DNA of 57,128 bases from Octopus bimaculoides. Taxonomy: Eukaryota. Position 1 is the first letter of the stretch. Every line of letters starts with the position of its first letter. The position numbers and the translations under genes are program-made. Shown here piece by piece: positions 37,162 to 50,255 of the stretch. A model generated the notes under the pieces. It was not told where the DNA came from and searched no databases. It saw nothing but the letters and a program-made list of their open reading frames with translations. The stretch is from NCBI RefSeq assembly GCF_001194135.2, contig NC_068983.1, positions 81,477,865 to 81,534,992 on the forward strand. The letters run 5' to 3'.

Positions 37162-37567
37162 GGCGTAGGAGTGGCTGTGTGGTAAGTAGCTTGCTTACCA
37201 ACCACATGGTCCCAGGTTCAGTCTCACTGCATGGCATCTTCGGCAAGTGTCTTCTACTATAGCCTCGGGCCGACCAAAGCCTTGTGAGTGGATTTGGTAG
37301 ACGGAAACTGAAAGAAACCCGTCGTATATATGTATATATATATATATATGTGTGTGTTTGTGTGTCTGTGTTTGTCCCCCCAACATCGCTTGACAACCGA
37401 TGCTGGTGTGTTTATGTCCCTGTAACTTAGCGGTTCGGCAAAAGAGACCGATAGAATAAGTACTAGGCCTCCAAAGAATAAGTCCTGGGGTCGATTTGCT
37501 CGACTAAAAGTGGTGCTCCAGCATGGCCGCAAGCAAATGGCTGAAACAAGTAAAAGAGTAAAAGAGT
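37162..37567 (+). mobile_element. SINE family A, full length (~405 bp; tRNA head, CORE-like domain, internal microsatellite, (GAGTAAAA)n tail)
   Basis: A box gtggctgtgtggt, B box ggttcagtc, catcttcggcaagtgtcttc (CORE-like), tail taaaagagtaaaagag. Confidence 0.95.
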
Positions 37568-37688
37568 ATATATATGATGTTGATTACCTCATCTTGTCAG
37601 ATGATCATGTCTGGTAAGTTCACTGTCATCAATTCACCATTTTTTTCTCAATAAAATAGATTTTTAACTATTAATGGTGAGTTGCTAT

Positions 37689-38102
37689 ACTCTTACTCTT
37701 TACTCTTTTACTTGTTTCAGTCATTTGACTGCGGCTATGCTGGAGCACCGCCTTTTTCGTCGAGCAAATCGACCCAGGACTTATTTTTTGTAAGCCCAGT
37801 CCTTATTCTATTGGTCTCTTTTTGCTGAACTGCTAAGTTACAGGGACGTAAACACACCAGCATCGGCTGTCAAGCAATGTTGGAGGGACAAACACAGACA
37901 CACAAACACACACACATATATATATATATACATATATACGACAGGCTTCTTTCAGTTTCCGTCTACCAAATCCACTCACAAGACTTTGGTCGGCCCGAGA
38001 CTATAGCAGAAGACACTTGCTCAAGGTACCACGCAGTGGGACTGAACTTGGAACCACGTGGTTGGTAAGCAAGCTACTTACCACACAGCCACTCCTGCAC
38101 CT
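37689..38102 (-). mobile_element. SINE family A, full length, inverted relative to 37162-37567
   Basis: Reverse complement of the preceding copy along its whole length. Confidence 0.95.
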
Positions 38103-39639
38103 ATGGATATATTTTCTCGGTAAACTTTCCTCATGGTGAAATTTCTTCACAGTGAATTTGATGGTGGTGAACTCTCCTGTGTTGAATTGATGGCAATGAA
38201 CTTACCTGTAATCCAGATGATAGCCATCTCATATGATAGTAAGACATCTGTATGCCATTAGATTTAAGTGACAAAAGTTTGTACAACACTCTCGCCACTC
38301 TTTCAGTCACCATAGTAAGTTCCAGTGACAAGCATTACAAAGTGACTGGTTCTATTTTGACTGCAACTTTTATGTCCGATTATCTTTCTTCTAAAAGAGC
38401 TGCCTTCCCTATGGCATTGTCAAAAATAACTGGAGCATCTCCACCAGATGCAGTTTAATGTCATGCGTGCGCATGTACACACACACACACACACACACTT
38501 GTTTGTTCATAGTGTTGTGCATTTTTGTTTTTGAAAATTAAAGTGGAGGTCAGATAAAAAATAGCCAAGAAACACTGTTGTAAATATATATACAGTCTAT
38601 GTAAATATAACCAACAAATAAAGTGTTTTGTAAACATCAACAATTTTGACAGTGTAATCTAGTTAAGATATAATCTATTCGGTTAACATCTAGAGGTTAT
38701 CTTTTTGTACCCTACAAATTCAAGTTATATTTAACAAGTAAAGCTGTGGCTCTCTTGACATCTATAAGCAGTATCATTTCACTCAACAATTAGGGGCAGA
38801 TTTTTTTCTTTTACTTCATTTCCTAGTAGTGTTTTTAAACCAGTCATGCCTTTAACCTTCGTGCCTGCTGACAACATATATATTATTAGAACTTCTTTTG
38901 TTGTCTCTAAAAGGATTCAGATACAGAAACGTGATACAGGGAATATTGTAAAATATCTTGTGCAGCTCTTAAGCAAATACATTACTTTACCTTATCTTTT
39001 TAATAGATATATTGGCAGGATTTCAATTTAGAATATAAAAGAACAGAACCAAATGCTAATAAGCATTTAATTTAGTGTTTTTGTCACTCTAACATCTTTA
39101 ATAAATATTTATTTGTTGTGCAAGCTTATAAAAACAAAATAAGGCTTTATTTAATAAAGAATCAGATATGGCAAACAACTATATAATAAAATTAATATTA
39201 ATTGCATTTTCTTTTGAATAGGCATGAGATTAATATTTTTGATAGAATTAAGTATAGTTTATAACTGACATTTATTTCATTTAACCTGAAGGGATGAAAA
39301 ATTTGATCTTAGTGGTCTTAAACCGAAAATAAAAAAAAAGAAACGAATAAGAAATTTAATTTGGAGCTCTAGCATTTCAGCTAAATTACCAGCAAAATGA
39401 AAATGATGATAAAGGTGTGGGTGACTATTATGATGATCATGATGATGACAATATACTATCATCAGAGCAAAAAGTAGAAAGTAGAATATTGTAAGGACCA
39501 ATTATTAATAAACAAATTAATATTCTGGATTTGTAAAAATGACATAAACCTTGTTTTGGCATGTGTCAGTTATAAAAATGGCTATGATATGATTCCTCCT
39601 TTTTAGATTATAGAATGATTGTAAATGATAAGTGCAGCA

Positions 39640-41290
39640 GAAAATATAAGGAAACTCAAAGAAAAGCATTATGAGTCACTGGAAAACAAATTCAAGATCT
39701 TCTGGGAGATTTAAGAAGTATTAAGATCAATATAAACATTTTCCAAAATGTTGCTTTGCCCCACTTTTTTTTATGTGGGATACTGTTAATATTAGTACTA
39801 TGAATAACAATGAAAGACATATGCAGCACAGAATGTATTTATGGATAACTTAAAACTGTTTGCACAAAGCAGCTATGAAATGGACTCCTTAGTACAAATA
39901 CTATATAGATTAAATGAAGACACAGAGATAAAATTTTTGCATTTGAGAGTATGAAATATTGATTATGAGGAGAGAGAGGAAAGTAAAAAGTAATAGATTC
40001 CAATTACCTAATAACAAAGATATAAAACAGATAGGTACAGGTAATTATGTATCATAGAGCTAGACACAATAAACAAAAGTAGCATGAAGGAAATGAATGC
40101 AAAGAAATAGGTCAAAATTAGAGTTAAATTCTATACTAAATGGGAAAACTAAAACCCTTGCTATTAATGTATGTACCATATTTTTACAATTTTTTTTTCA
40201 GAAATTTTAATTTATTTCCTATGTTATTTGAGTTACTTTCTTTTATTCAATGTTATTTATTTTTGATTTAGGAGAACATTACTGAAAACAAAGTTTATTT
40301 CTATTGTCTAACTCTTTCAATAGTCTACATCTTAATATTGCATCAATCTTTCTATCTAAATTTATTTTGATATATTGATAGTAAAATAAAGAGCAGGTTA
40401 ACTTGGGCTGGAAAACTCAAAAAATAATGATCAGATATAGAGCATTACATATTATAAATGATAGTAGTACAATATATAAAAGTTCTACAAAAAAAAAAAA
40501 AAAATCCAGAAGATTACTTGGTTGGGAAGAATATATATAGAAGAACAGAATTTGTGTTGCATGATACACAAAAAAGAGTGTGGAATCACTACAAGAAGGG
40601 ATAAAAAAATAAAAAAAAAAACCCTAAAACATTGGAATAGTCAATGCATATATTGGAATAGTCAATGTATAGCACTTGAAAAATTCAAGAAAACTTATCT
40701 TGAAGGGAGTTTGGGAGCTAATGAAAATATGTGAGCAGTGTTTTGCTTTACCCCTTTTGTTATATGTGAGATACTGTTAATAGCAACGAAGGGCATGCAG
40801 CACAAAATCATGTATTTATGGATACCTTAAAACTGTTTGCACAAAGCAACTGTAAAGTTTACTCGTGGGTGAAGGCATTAATATTTTTAATTTATGGTCA
40901 TTGGTAAGAAAATCATTTCAAAACTGAAGTACTTGTGTTTATAGCACAAAAACAGACTCTGGGGATAAAATTTCATGTAGATAAAAATACTGAGCCATCA
41001 TTATGTAAAAAGTGTTGCAACAAGCATGCAAGTGTGGTAGTAAATTGTCTTATAATTGATGATGTTGCATGAATTGTCCACCAGTAGAAAGTTGAACAGA
41101 GAATGAAAATAATTGATTTCAAGCGTCAAAATTCTCAGGGATTTCAACAGCTAAAGCAACCATATGACAGACAGTAGGAAACCAGAAATTATAGTGGAGA
41201 CAAGAAGTAATGAGTGTCATTGGTAATGTAATAAACAGAGATACTGAGGCTTATGAAAATTTATGAGATTGCATGTATGTGTCCATTAAA
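39640..41290 (+). mobile_element. R4/Dong-clade non-LTR retrotransposon remnant (RT, CCHC knuckle, REL endonuclease)
   Basis: VFMDNLKLFAQSSYEMDSLVQI (FMDDLKL motif, present twice: ~39838 and ~40815), LGRIYI, SLCKKC..K..SVV.NC, DDVA*IVH, KILRDF...RKPEIIV. Confidence 0.6.
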
Positions 41291-41494
41291 AAAATAGATG
41301 TAATATCAGTAAAGTAGGACCTCTTTATATGATATATAAAAATTAGACATATTATTATTTTGGTTTGGCTCAAGTTTGGTCTTATTCCTGGTAAGAATTA
41401 TGTGGATAGTAGGTTACTACCTTTAACCCTAAGTATCCACAAGTTTTCAGCAGTCTTTCAAGTGCTTAGAACAATTTTCAGCAGTCTTATTATT

Positions 41495-41725
41495 ATTGGT
41501 GACAAGCTGGCAGAAACATTAGCATGCCAGGTGAAATGCTTAGCGGTATTTTGCTCATTGCTATGTTCTGAGTTCAAGTTCTGGTGAGGTTGGCTTTGAC
41601 TTTCATCCTTTTGGGGTTGATAAATTAAGTACCAGACAAGTATGAGGGTTGATGTGATCAACCATCCCCCTCCCCTCAAATTCCAGGCTTTGTGCCTGCA
41701 GTAGAAAGGATTATTACTATTATTA
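41495..41725 (+). mobile_element. SINE family B, near full length, CpG-decayed
   Basis: ctggcagaaacattagcatgccaggtgaaatgcttagcggtatt...ctttgactttcatccttttggggttgataaattaagtaccag...tagaaaggattatt. Confidence 0.9.
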
Positions 41726-41933
41726 TTTGTGGGTAGTAGGTTATGACATGGAAGAAGAGTGATGGCTGTGACAATTTTTATGGGTCTCACACTAGTGAGG
41801 AGTAAACCAAAAAGAATCTCATACATTTCCCTTAGACAAAAGACCTGGTCTGAGTGGTTGAAGGAGAGTGAATCTTGTTAAAGGCATCAGATTTGGTAGG
41901 TAGAAAATAGTGTTAAACCAGTTGACAGATTCA

Positions 41934-43255
41934 TCATCATCATCGTTTAATGTCCACTTTCCATGCTGGCATGCATTGGACGGTTTGACTGAGGACTGGA
42001 GAGCCAGAAGTCTGTACCAGTCTCCAATCTGATCTGGCAAAGTTTCTACAGCTGGATGCCCTTCCTAACGCCAACCACTCCAAGAGTGTTGTGGGTGCTT
42101 TTACGTGCCACAGGCACAAGGACCAGTCAGCCAGTACTGGCATTGGCCACACTCAAATGGTGCTTTTCCTGTGCCACCTGCATAGGAGCCAGTCCAGTGG
42201 CTCTGACAACGATCACGCTCGAATGGTGCTTTTAACATTCCACTGGCACGAGTGCCAATCAGGCAGCACTGTCATTGGCCACGACAGCGATTTCACTTGC
42301 CTCAACAGGTCTTTGCAAGCATACGTTATTGTCCAATGATTGAAGAGTACTCTTAAACGGGCTGGTTATACAGCACTGGCATAGGCCGTGGTTATGGTCT
42401 CACTTGGCTTGCTGGGTCTTCTCAAGCACAGCATATCGCAAAAGGTCTCAGTCACCTGTCATTGCCTCGGTGAGGCCCAATGTTTGAAGGCTGTGCTTCA
42501 CCACCTCAACCCAGGTCTTCCTGGGTCTACCTTTTCCATAGGTTCCCTCAACTGCTAGGGTGTGACACTTTTTCACACAGCTGACCTCATCCATTTGCAA
42601 CATTTGACCATACCAGCACAGTTGTCTCTCTTGCACATAACATCTGATGCTTCTTAAATCCAACTTTTCTCTCAGTGCGCTTACACTCTGTCATGTTTGC
42701 ACACTGACATTACACATCCAGCAGAGCATACTGGCTTCATTCATGTCCTCAGCAGTCATGGCCCATGTTTCCCTGCCATGTAGCATAGCTATTCGTACAC
42801 ATGCGTCATACAGTCTATCTTTTACTCTGAGCGAGAGGCCCTTTGTCACCAGCAGAGGTAGGAGCTCTCTGAACTTTGCCCAGGCTATCCTTACTCTAGC
42901 AGCTACACTTTCAAAGCATCCACTCCCGCTACTGACTTGGTCATCTAGGTAATGGAAGCTATCAACTACTTGTAGTTTTTTCCCCTGGAATATGACAGAA
43001 GCTGTTTTCTGCATGTTTTCAGTGTTTATTGCTCCTGAGCGTTTGCTACACACAAAAACTATCTTCCCAGTTAGCCTTCCTTTGATATTGCTGCACCTCT
43101 TATGTGTCCATAGCTTACACTGGGTACATCTCATAGAGTTTCTAACTACACCTTTTCTACAGATCGAGCAGGGCCATCTACCTGAAGGGATTTGTGGTTT
43201 GTCTGCCTTCCAACTCGTTAAGACATTGGTTTTTGCTAGGTTGACTCTAAGGCCC
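41934..43255 (-). mobile_element. 5'-truncated RTE LINE (~1.3 kb): RT C-terminus with PHD-like finger, 3' UTR subrepeats, (GAT)n tail
   Basis: RWPCSICRKGVVRNSMRCTQCKLWTHKRCSNIKG...FVCSKR...VVDSFHYL...ARVRIAWAKFRELLPLL...RLYDACVR...MLHGRETW and RQLCWYGQMLQMD...GRPRKTW. Confidence 0.95.
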
Positions 43256-43489
43256 TTAGATTATTTTTATTAAAGTAGGAATTGAAATTAAGATAAAATA
43301 CTTAAAAATAAAGTTTGCTTGGGACAACTAGAATACCAAGAAGAGTCCAGAAATAGAAAATACTCAACAGAATCAGCAAAAATACTTAATGACTCTAGTG
43401 TATTTTACTCTGAAACATACCACTCTCTGGTATAACATTTTAGAACATAGTAAGAAAATGTTATGGTGTTAATTGTCTCAAAATTAAGC

Positions 43490-43685
43490 GCAAATTTGAG
43501 AAGGATGTTAGTCAATTAAACTGGCACAAGAGCTTGACTGGCATTTATCTTATTGATCCTGGAAGGATAAAAGCAAGGGTAACTTCAGTAAGAGTTGAAC
43601 TCAGACTGTAAAGAGCAATAACTAAATATCACCAGACATTTTGTTCAACAGTCTAATGGTTCTTCGAAAAATTTTCTGCCATTCT
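43490..43685 (-). mobile_element. Degenerate SINE family B
   Basis: gactggcatttatcttattgatcctggaaggataaaagcaagggtaacttcagtaagagttgaactcagac. Confidence 0.6.
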
Positions 43686-44949
43686 TCTACATTGTACTAT
43701 TCCAAGACTAAGATTGATACTGCTGCCAACGTTTGAGCCATTAACCCTATTATCTTTAGCTAAGTAACCTGCCAAGAAATCTCAGTCACGACATTGCCTT
43801 TTAATTAACTCTTCCTCAAAGCTACTGCTACATTCAAAGTTAAAAGCAATAGATTAATTTCCGTAAACTTTTAAAGGCAGACACCCAACTGAAATACTGA
43901 CTTGAAAGAAACTTTCAACAATAATCCATTTATGACACTGACAGAATAAGGCATTTAGTTGTTAATCTAGATACTTCTATTATTAATTTTTGTATTTTTA
44001 ACATTTATTTTCCACACCCCATACCCTTTATTTTATTTGCCATACTGTTGATAAGTCTTGAAATGTCATGAAGAATTCTCTTTTTCCTTCTTTCTCTCTC
44101 ACTCTCTCACTCAAATCTCCTCAATCTTCATTGTTTGTTTGTTATAGATTTATGTAGTTCTCTAGCTGTTGGTAGCTGAGAACTTGAAGTGTTTTAGAAT
44201 CTACTGACTGTTATTAATACATCTGTTCTCATGGAGACTGAAAAGCAGTCAGAATTACAAATCATTTATGGATTACTGAAGAACTTGTCTTCAATTTAGT
44301 CAAAGTAGACTATCTGACAATGAGATCAAGAAATATTGAAGCTTTATAAAGCTGTGTTAATCAAAATCTTAAGAAAATTGAAATAAAAATGAAAATAGCA
44401 AAAATAAAAACAGAAACAAATGAATCACACACATATACACACAGATAGAAAGGGTTGTACTTTTCAATTACAAATTTTTTCATACAAAACTGGGAAGAAT
44501 ATTGAACAATTTGAAAAAGTGCCAGGAAAAGAGAGACTATTTACCTTTCTACTACTACTCTTAGTTTAGAATTATTTCCTTGTATTTAATTGCATATGCA
44601 CACATGTAGATTGCAGTGGTGTGGAACTTGAGTCAAGAGACAAAGGTTCAGTTTCAATAAAAGAATATCCTCTACAGCATGTATTGAGCACTCTTCTCTC
44701 CTTCATCTAATATCAATCAATGTATGTCGCTAACACTCTTTCAATTGCCTGTGTGCTTATATGCCACCAATCACATTGAGTTATCATATCTCTCTTCACT
44801 TTTGTTCTATTTATGCAAATTACTTATGGCTATAAATATTCATTTGATTACTTATTTGTTTAACAATGATTTTTTTTAATGCTAGTATTTGTTAGACAGG
44901 GAATTATTCGAGACAACCTTTTACAGCCTGACACTCTATCTGTTGCCAA

Positions 44950-45400
44950 CCCTTTGCTGTTTTTCAAACAAGGGAGTTTTTATTCAAAAGGTATTCAAAA
45001 ACACAGGAACAACAACCAGTCATAATCTCAACAAGGAATGTCAACATCATCTTCATGTCATTCAAGCAGTGACAAGCATGGACTGTTAACAGTCATGCAC
45101 ATACACACAATGTACTTCTTGTGGTTTCTGTTGGCCTACAGCTACTGAACTTAAAATCATGTAGTTGAAAATCAAACTTCTTAATGATAGATCACTACTT
45201 CCTTCATTTTGTATATGTCTAAACCTTATGTTGACTAAGATCAAGGCAGGACAACTGCTGTGTTGATGGCTCTCATTGAGGCAGAAACACATGCTCACAG
45301 CTGTCCAATTGTTTCCCCCCATAAAAAAAAAAATCATTGTTCCTGAAGAATGGCATGACAATTCAAAAAAGTTCTTTATTTTTGAGATCATAGCATCTCA
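44950..45400 (+). mobile_element. Possible decayed DDE DNA-transposase C-terminus (Sola-like)
   Basis: Weak motifs: a decayed (E)CDSMH-like segment and PIKKKIIVPEEWHD, resembling the PI...KK.DL...IP.E.H end of such transposases. Confidence 0.3.
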
Positions 45401-48219
45401 TTCAAAGCCAATCGCAACAGCCATCAGGCATTTGTTTGTCTCTCAAATCAAGAATTTTATCTCATATGGTATTTAATATATCTTTATTGATTATTGTTGC
45501 TCAAATTCATGATATGGGTCTCACTGAGTTATTTCTCTCAAGTAGTTTCTGTCCTATGTGAGTGTGCGTGTTAATGTTTTTGTATTAAAATACATTTCTT
45601 TTATTTCATTGTTCTTTTTCTTTGTTTTCTAACTTCAGGTTATGACTGTCCTTAGAGATTTACCAAAAATACAGTGGAATTAAAAGAAATAAAGAAAATC
45701 AAGATCAAATTTTGTTCCTGTCTTTCTTTTTATCTATATTTCTAAACTAATGAAGGTAATACTTAAACATCTATAATTCATTGTTTTTTTTTTTAACAGA
45801 ACTGAATGAACTAGACAGTAATGAGACAGACCATATGATGGTGAAAATATTTAATTTCACTAATTTCATTTGAAACTACATTTATTTTTTGTAAATGTCC
45901 TCCCTACCTGTCTCTGTAACTCAAGTAATCTAATTTTTTTTTACTGTGTATGAAAGAGAACTCCAGACAGGTTTTGATATTATTATTATCAGCAAGGTAT
46001 AGATGACAGAACCACTAAGTAAACGTAGACATGCATATTTTCTTCTCTCCAATGGTTAATGATTGTTCTCTTTACACACATGCACATCAACAAGAAAGCA
46101 AGCTAAAAGACAATGGATTATTCCTTGTTAGAGTTCTGATTGATGTTGAACTTAAAATCTCAAACTGATAGCGCTACACCTTGGTGACTTCAAGGAACTG
46201 TAAAAACATCAAACTAGATGCATTGCAATGTTGGTTCTAGATCAACAGCATCCTGATTCAGATTTTGCCATAACCTACTTAGGTGCTAGACAAAACCCAG
46301 CACCTGCTTTAATGCCACTGCCTGGCACCTTGGGCGCTTTTAGTGGAGTTCTCTCTGTTGCCAGCCTTCAGCTCCTGGTTTTGCCAAGTTCGTAGTTTGA
46401 GGATACCTCACTCCATAACTTCCACAGAGTTACCCTTCTACAAAGTTCTGCTCACAAAGTAGGTATCAGTCACCCGGAGTATAAAGTAAAAGTCACTTAA
46501 AATGTTATGCAATGATTCAGAACCTATTACATGAACTCCATACCTGTACTCATGTTACATGCTCAGGTGTAACAAATGCAAAGAAATTTTGAAATTAAAC
46601 ACATGGAGGAGGGTTTCATTGTAGAATAATTTTAGTTCATGTGAAATACTGGGTTATTGATTGTGAAGACTGTTTTAATAGTTCCAGTTACATCTATATG
46701 AATGCTAGTATAAAATTTGCATGATGCAATTTACTCAATTGCCATACTTCTAATGAACCAATTCTTTTAGTATAAGACACTAACCTGTCAATTTTGATTG
46801 TGCTGTTACCATTTCACAAATAATGCAACACTTCGTACATTTGTTAATATATTCTTCTTTTGTGTAATTCATTTTAAATGTTCCTAAAAGAATTTACTAT
46901 AAGATGCAGTTGAAGCACAAAAGAACCTCATATTCAAATAGGCAAGTGAAATAAGTTAGATGAGAAAATTATAGTAGAACGTTAGTTAGCAAATCTGGTA
47001 ATACATTGAAAAGATTCTTTAATTCTTTGACTAAAACAAAAAATAATAAATGACTGAATTATGGAAAACAAAACATAAATACTAATTGCTTTTCATCATA
47101 TTGTTTAAGGATGTTAAATTGTTGCAGTCAGCTCTATTGAAGTAAACTGAAAGTAGGTTGTATTTTATTTTGCAGCAGTGATTATATTTTTTGATGTAAA
47201 TTTTAAGAGAATATGTTGATGGGAACAAGGATTTGAACTGCTATGAATAATAATATTGGCTCATATTTCATTTTTTAGAACTCAATACAAATATTACATT
47301 ACCTATGTACCAGTTTCACTCATTAGAGACTAAACCATGTAATTCTCTTTAATTTTTGCTCACAAATATAGATGATATTTTACTTCTAATCTTGGCTAAA
47401 TTCTGAATATTTTTATAGGCAGATATCCTTCTCATCAATATATCTTAAAGATGAAGAAACATTTAAGCAATAATGTCTACTGCCTAAAAAAACTCAGTTA
47501 TCTAACCCAATTTAAATGGCTAAAAATCTCATCCTTGTAACTGAAAAATAGTTTACCTATAATGAGTCAATTTACTTTCTTTTGTAATAACTTTTCCAAA
47601 CTACAATCAAATAAGTTAATTATAAGGAACAGGTTCTTTATTTCAATATGAATTTCTTGAAAAGTAAACACAGTTAACCACCATTCTAACTTATTGTTTT
47701 ATTAGTATCTACTTCTTCAACCCTGGTTAAAACCGAAACAGAGTTTTATTTTTTCATCTCGTACAGAAAGAAATGTCTAATAGATCCCACCTATCCAAAT
47801 CGTAAAATAATTTCAGCTCCATCATTAATCACAATCAAAATTTCTATCATAATGGAAAAGAAAATAATAAATTTTAAATTCAAAACCCATTGTATATTCT
47901 TTGTCAATGTAAATAATAGAGAGAACACTGTTTGAAGATGTTGAATAAAGATAAGGCAAGAAGAATAGAATAGAAAATAAAAAAATGAAATGAAGAAATA
48001 TTTACAAAAGAAACTATTTCTTGTCAGTGAATATAGCTTTGGCTATCTGCAGTACTGAATATGGATTATTCCAGATATTTAAAAGCCGTGTCACCTTAGC
48101 ATTCACTTTACTGGATTATTTTCTTTAAGGGTTTTCAATAAAATGAAATTCATGCTAATCTCAACACATTGAATTTGTTTCTATTTCTACTATTGAAAAT
48201 TGAGAGATACATGGGTTAA

Positions 48220-48453
48220 CCCTTCCATTACCAAACCAGCTGAAACTGGCTCTGTAATACACGTCTTGTTTTCATAAGTTTTGAATTAAAATCTTCCATC
48301 AAACCTTACTCAATTTATGTTCCTTACACTAGCTTAATGATAACTAAATTATTTTACTAAATTCGTTGTTATATTTTAAATAATTGAAAAAAAAACAAAC
48401 AAAAAAAAACCAACCAAAGAGCATCTCAAAATAAATACGGTAATGAAAATGTT
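48220..48453 (-). mobile_element. piggyBac-type MITE copy
   Basis: ttaacccttccattacc...gagcatctcaaaataaatacggtaatgaaaatgttaa; reverse complement of 27807-28026 with an A-rich insertion. Confidence 0.85.
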
Positions 48454-48825
48454 AAAATGCTATAATTCATAGGCTGAATTATAGGTGCTGAGACTCTACA
48501 ACCTATAAGTCAACTTTCTGTATCTTTTATTATTACAACACAGGTTCCTCAGAGAATAAAGATTTAATCATACTCGAAAACCAATCTGCTTCATTTAACT
48601 ATTGCATTATCCCTAATACATGACTTTTTCCAAAGACCTACATTAATTACTCTGCCCAAATATGCTACTCAAGAACTACAGTGCTTGACTGATTCTTTCC
48701 AGTTCACTCACCAAACTCTGGCTTTCTTGTAAACAATACCAAGTTTAATCTTACCAAAAGCCTCATAAAAAATGCAGAACCTATAGTTATATAACCAAAC
48801 CTTTTCTTTCCTAAACAACCACATG

Positions 48826-48857
<32 letters not shown>

Positions 48858-49929
48858 TTTACCCAACAGATATAACATGAAGGGCAAGCAGGCAATAAAA
48901 CAAGCAATACATACAGACGTAGTGACATAAACTATGTGTGTGTGTGTGTGTGTGTGTATTTTACAGATTTAAAGTTTGGACAAAGAAACTACACTTTAAG
49001 ACAGGATATTTTGAACCTGTAAATGTTATAAAGATAGGTGAATTATTTCAGAATATTTCCATGTTATTCTAACATTTAAAACAAATTTAATCCATAACAG
49101 TCAAACTAATTTCTCCATGTTATATATTTATTGTCAAAGAATTACAGGTAGATAGGGTAATTGAAGAACATCTATGTTAAGTAAAATGCATATGGTTAAA
49201 AATTAAAAAAAAACTGCTTCATAATCTATTTTTAAAATGCATACACACTTACTACAATAATATATACATGTAAATAAGCAAATATTTGCATGTATATTTT
49301 ATTAATAATTAAATAATATTAAGTGAATAAATACCTAATTAAATCAACAATAATAGTTTTGCAAAAGTTTGTTAATAAATGCAATCTTTAAATGATACAT
49401 TTGCAGGTGTACACATGATTACGTGTAAACAGCAAATGTTTGCAAATATTTTAAATATAAAATAGTAGCTATCTTAATACACACACATTCATGTAGTTTT
49501 ATATAAGCATTTTTATATGATCTTATATATATATATTTAGATGCATGCAATTGCATGTCAGGTGAGGTTAAGTCAACTAAGCAAACACTTAAAAAAAAAG
49601 AAAATTTGGGAGTAAGGGCACTTTTCAGTATACAGCTCTTGACAAAGTTATGGAAAATGAAATGGTACTGCATAGGAAAAAATCCAAGCTGTTTATTTTT
49701 GGTAGCCAATTGTTAGTAAGGAAGCAATGTAATTAAGGAATGAGGAATCAGAGTGGTATAAAAAATGTATATATGAACGTACAGGTAATATGAAAGTTTA
49801 ATGTCTTATATAGTGAGAGGAAATTGTATGAGTATTTTGTTGGGATCAGATTCACTTAGGATGTTCAAGAAGTTAAAATGTATAACTATCTTTTTAATAG
49901 ATAGTTTTTTTTTAGTTGTTTATTTAAAG

Positions 49930-50255
49930 CAATGGTTCTCAACCAGGGTCCATATAAGATTTGGGCGGGGGATGGGGTTCATGCAGCAAAATAGTAAATT
50001 GGGGATCCACGATAGTATTTTAAGGGCCCTTGAAAAAATTTTACTTTGGATCTATGTATTGCAAGAAACCTTTAGATTTCTTTCTCTAATGTTTTACATA
50101 GCTCAACCTACACAAGTTAATGTATGGAAAACAAAATAGGAATTTTGAAAGTCATATCTGCAAAATTAGTTTTTAAACATTGAATAACTGTGGGGTCCAC
50201 CAGTATAAGATAATAATGAAAGAGGTCCATAGATAAAAAATGGTTGAGAACCCTG
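49930..50255 (+). mobile_element. hAT MITE copy, CpG-decayed
   Basis: CAATGGTTCTCAACC...GGTTGAGAACCCTG, TSD atttaaag/atttaaat, collinear with 21319-21667. Confidence 0.9.

Noticed and set aside
38131-38458. Minus-strand ORF ending at a CAG|GTAAGT donor (~38206), and the overlapping plus ORF
   Set aside because: No acceptor or recognisable product. Adjacent gaattg/gaaattt subrepeats look like a transposon end.
40628-40672. 22-bp direct tandem repeat (attggaatagtcaatg), considered as CRISPR-like
   Set aside because: Two units only, no spacers, eukaryotic context; a simple local duplication.
45756-45799. GT...AG segment as an intron
   Set aside because: At 44 nt it is shorter than typical metazoan minimal introns, and the upstream exon would be closed in all frames.
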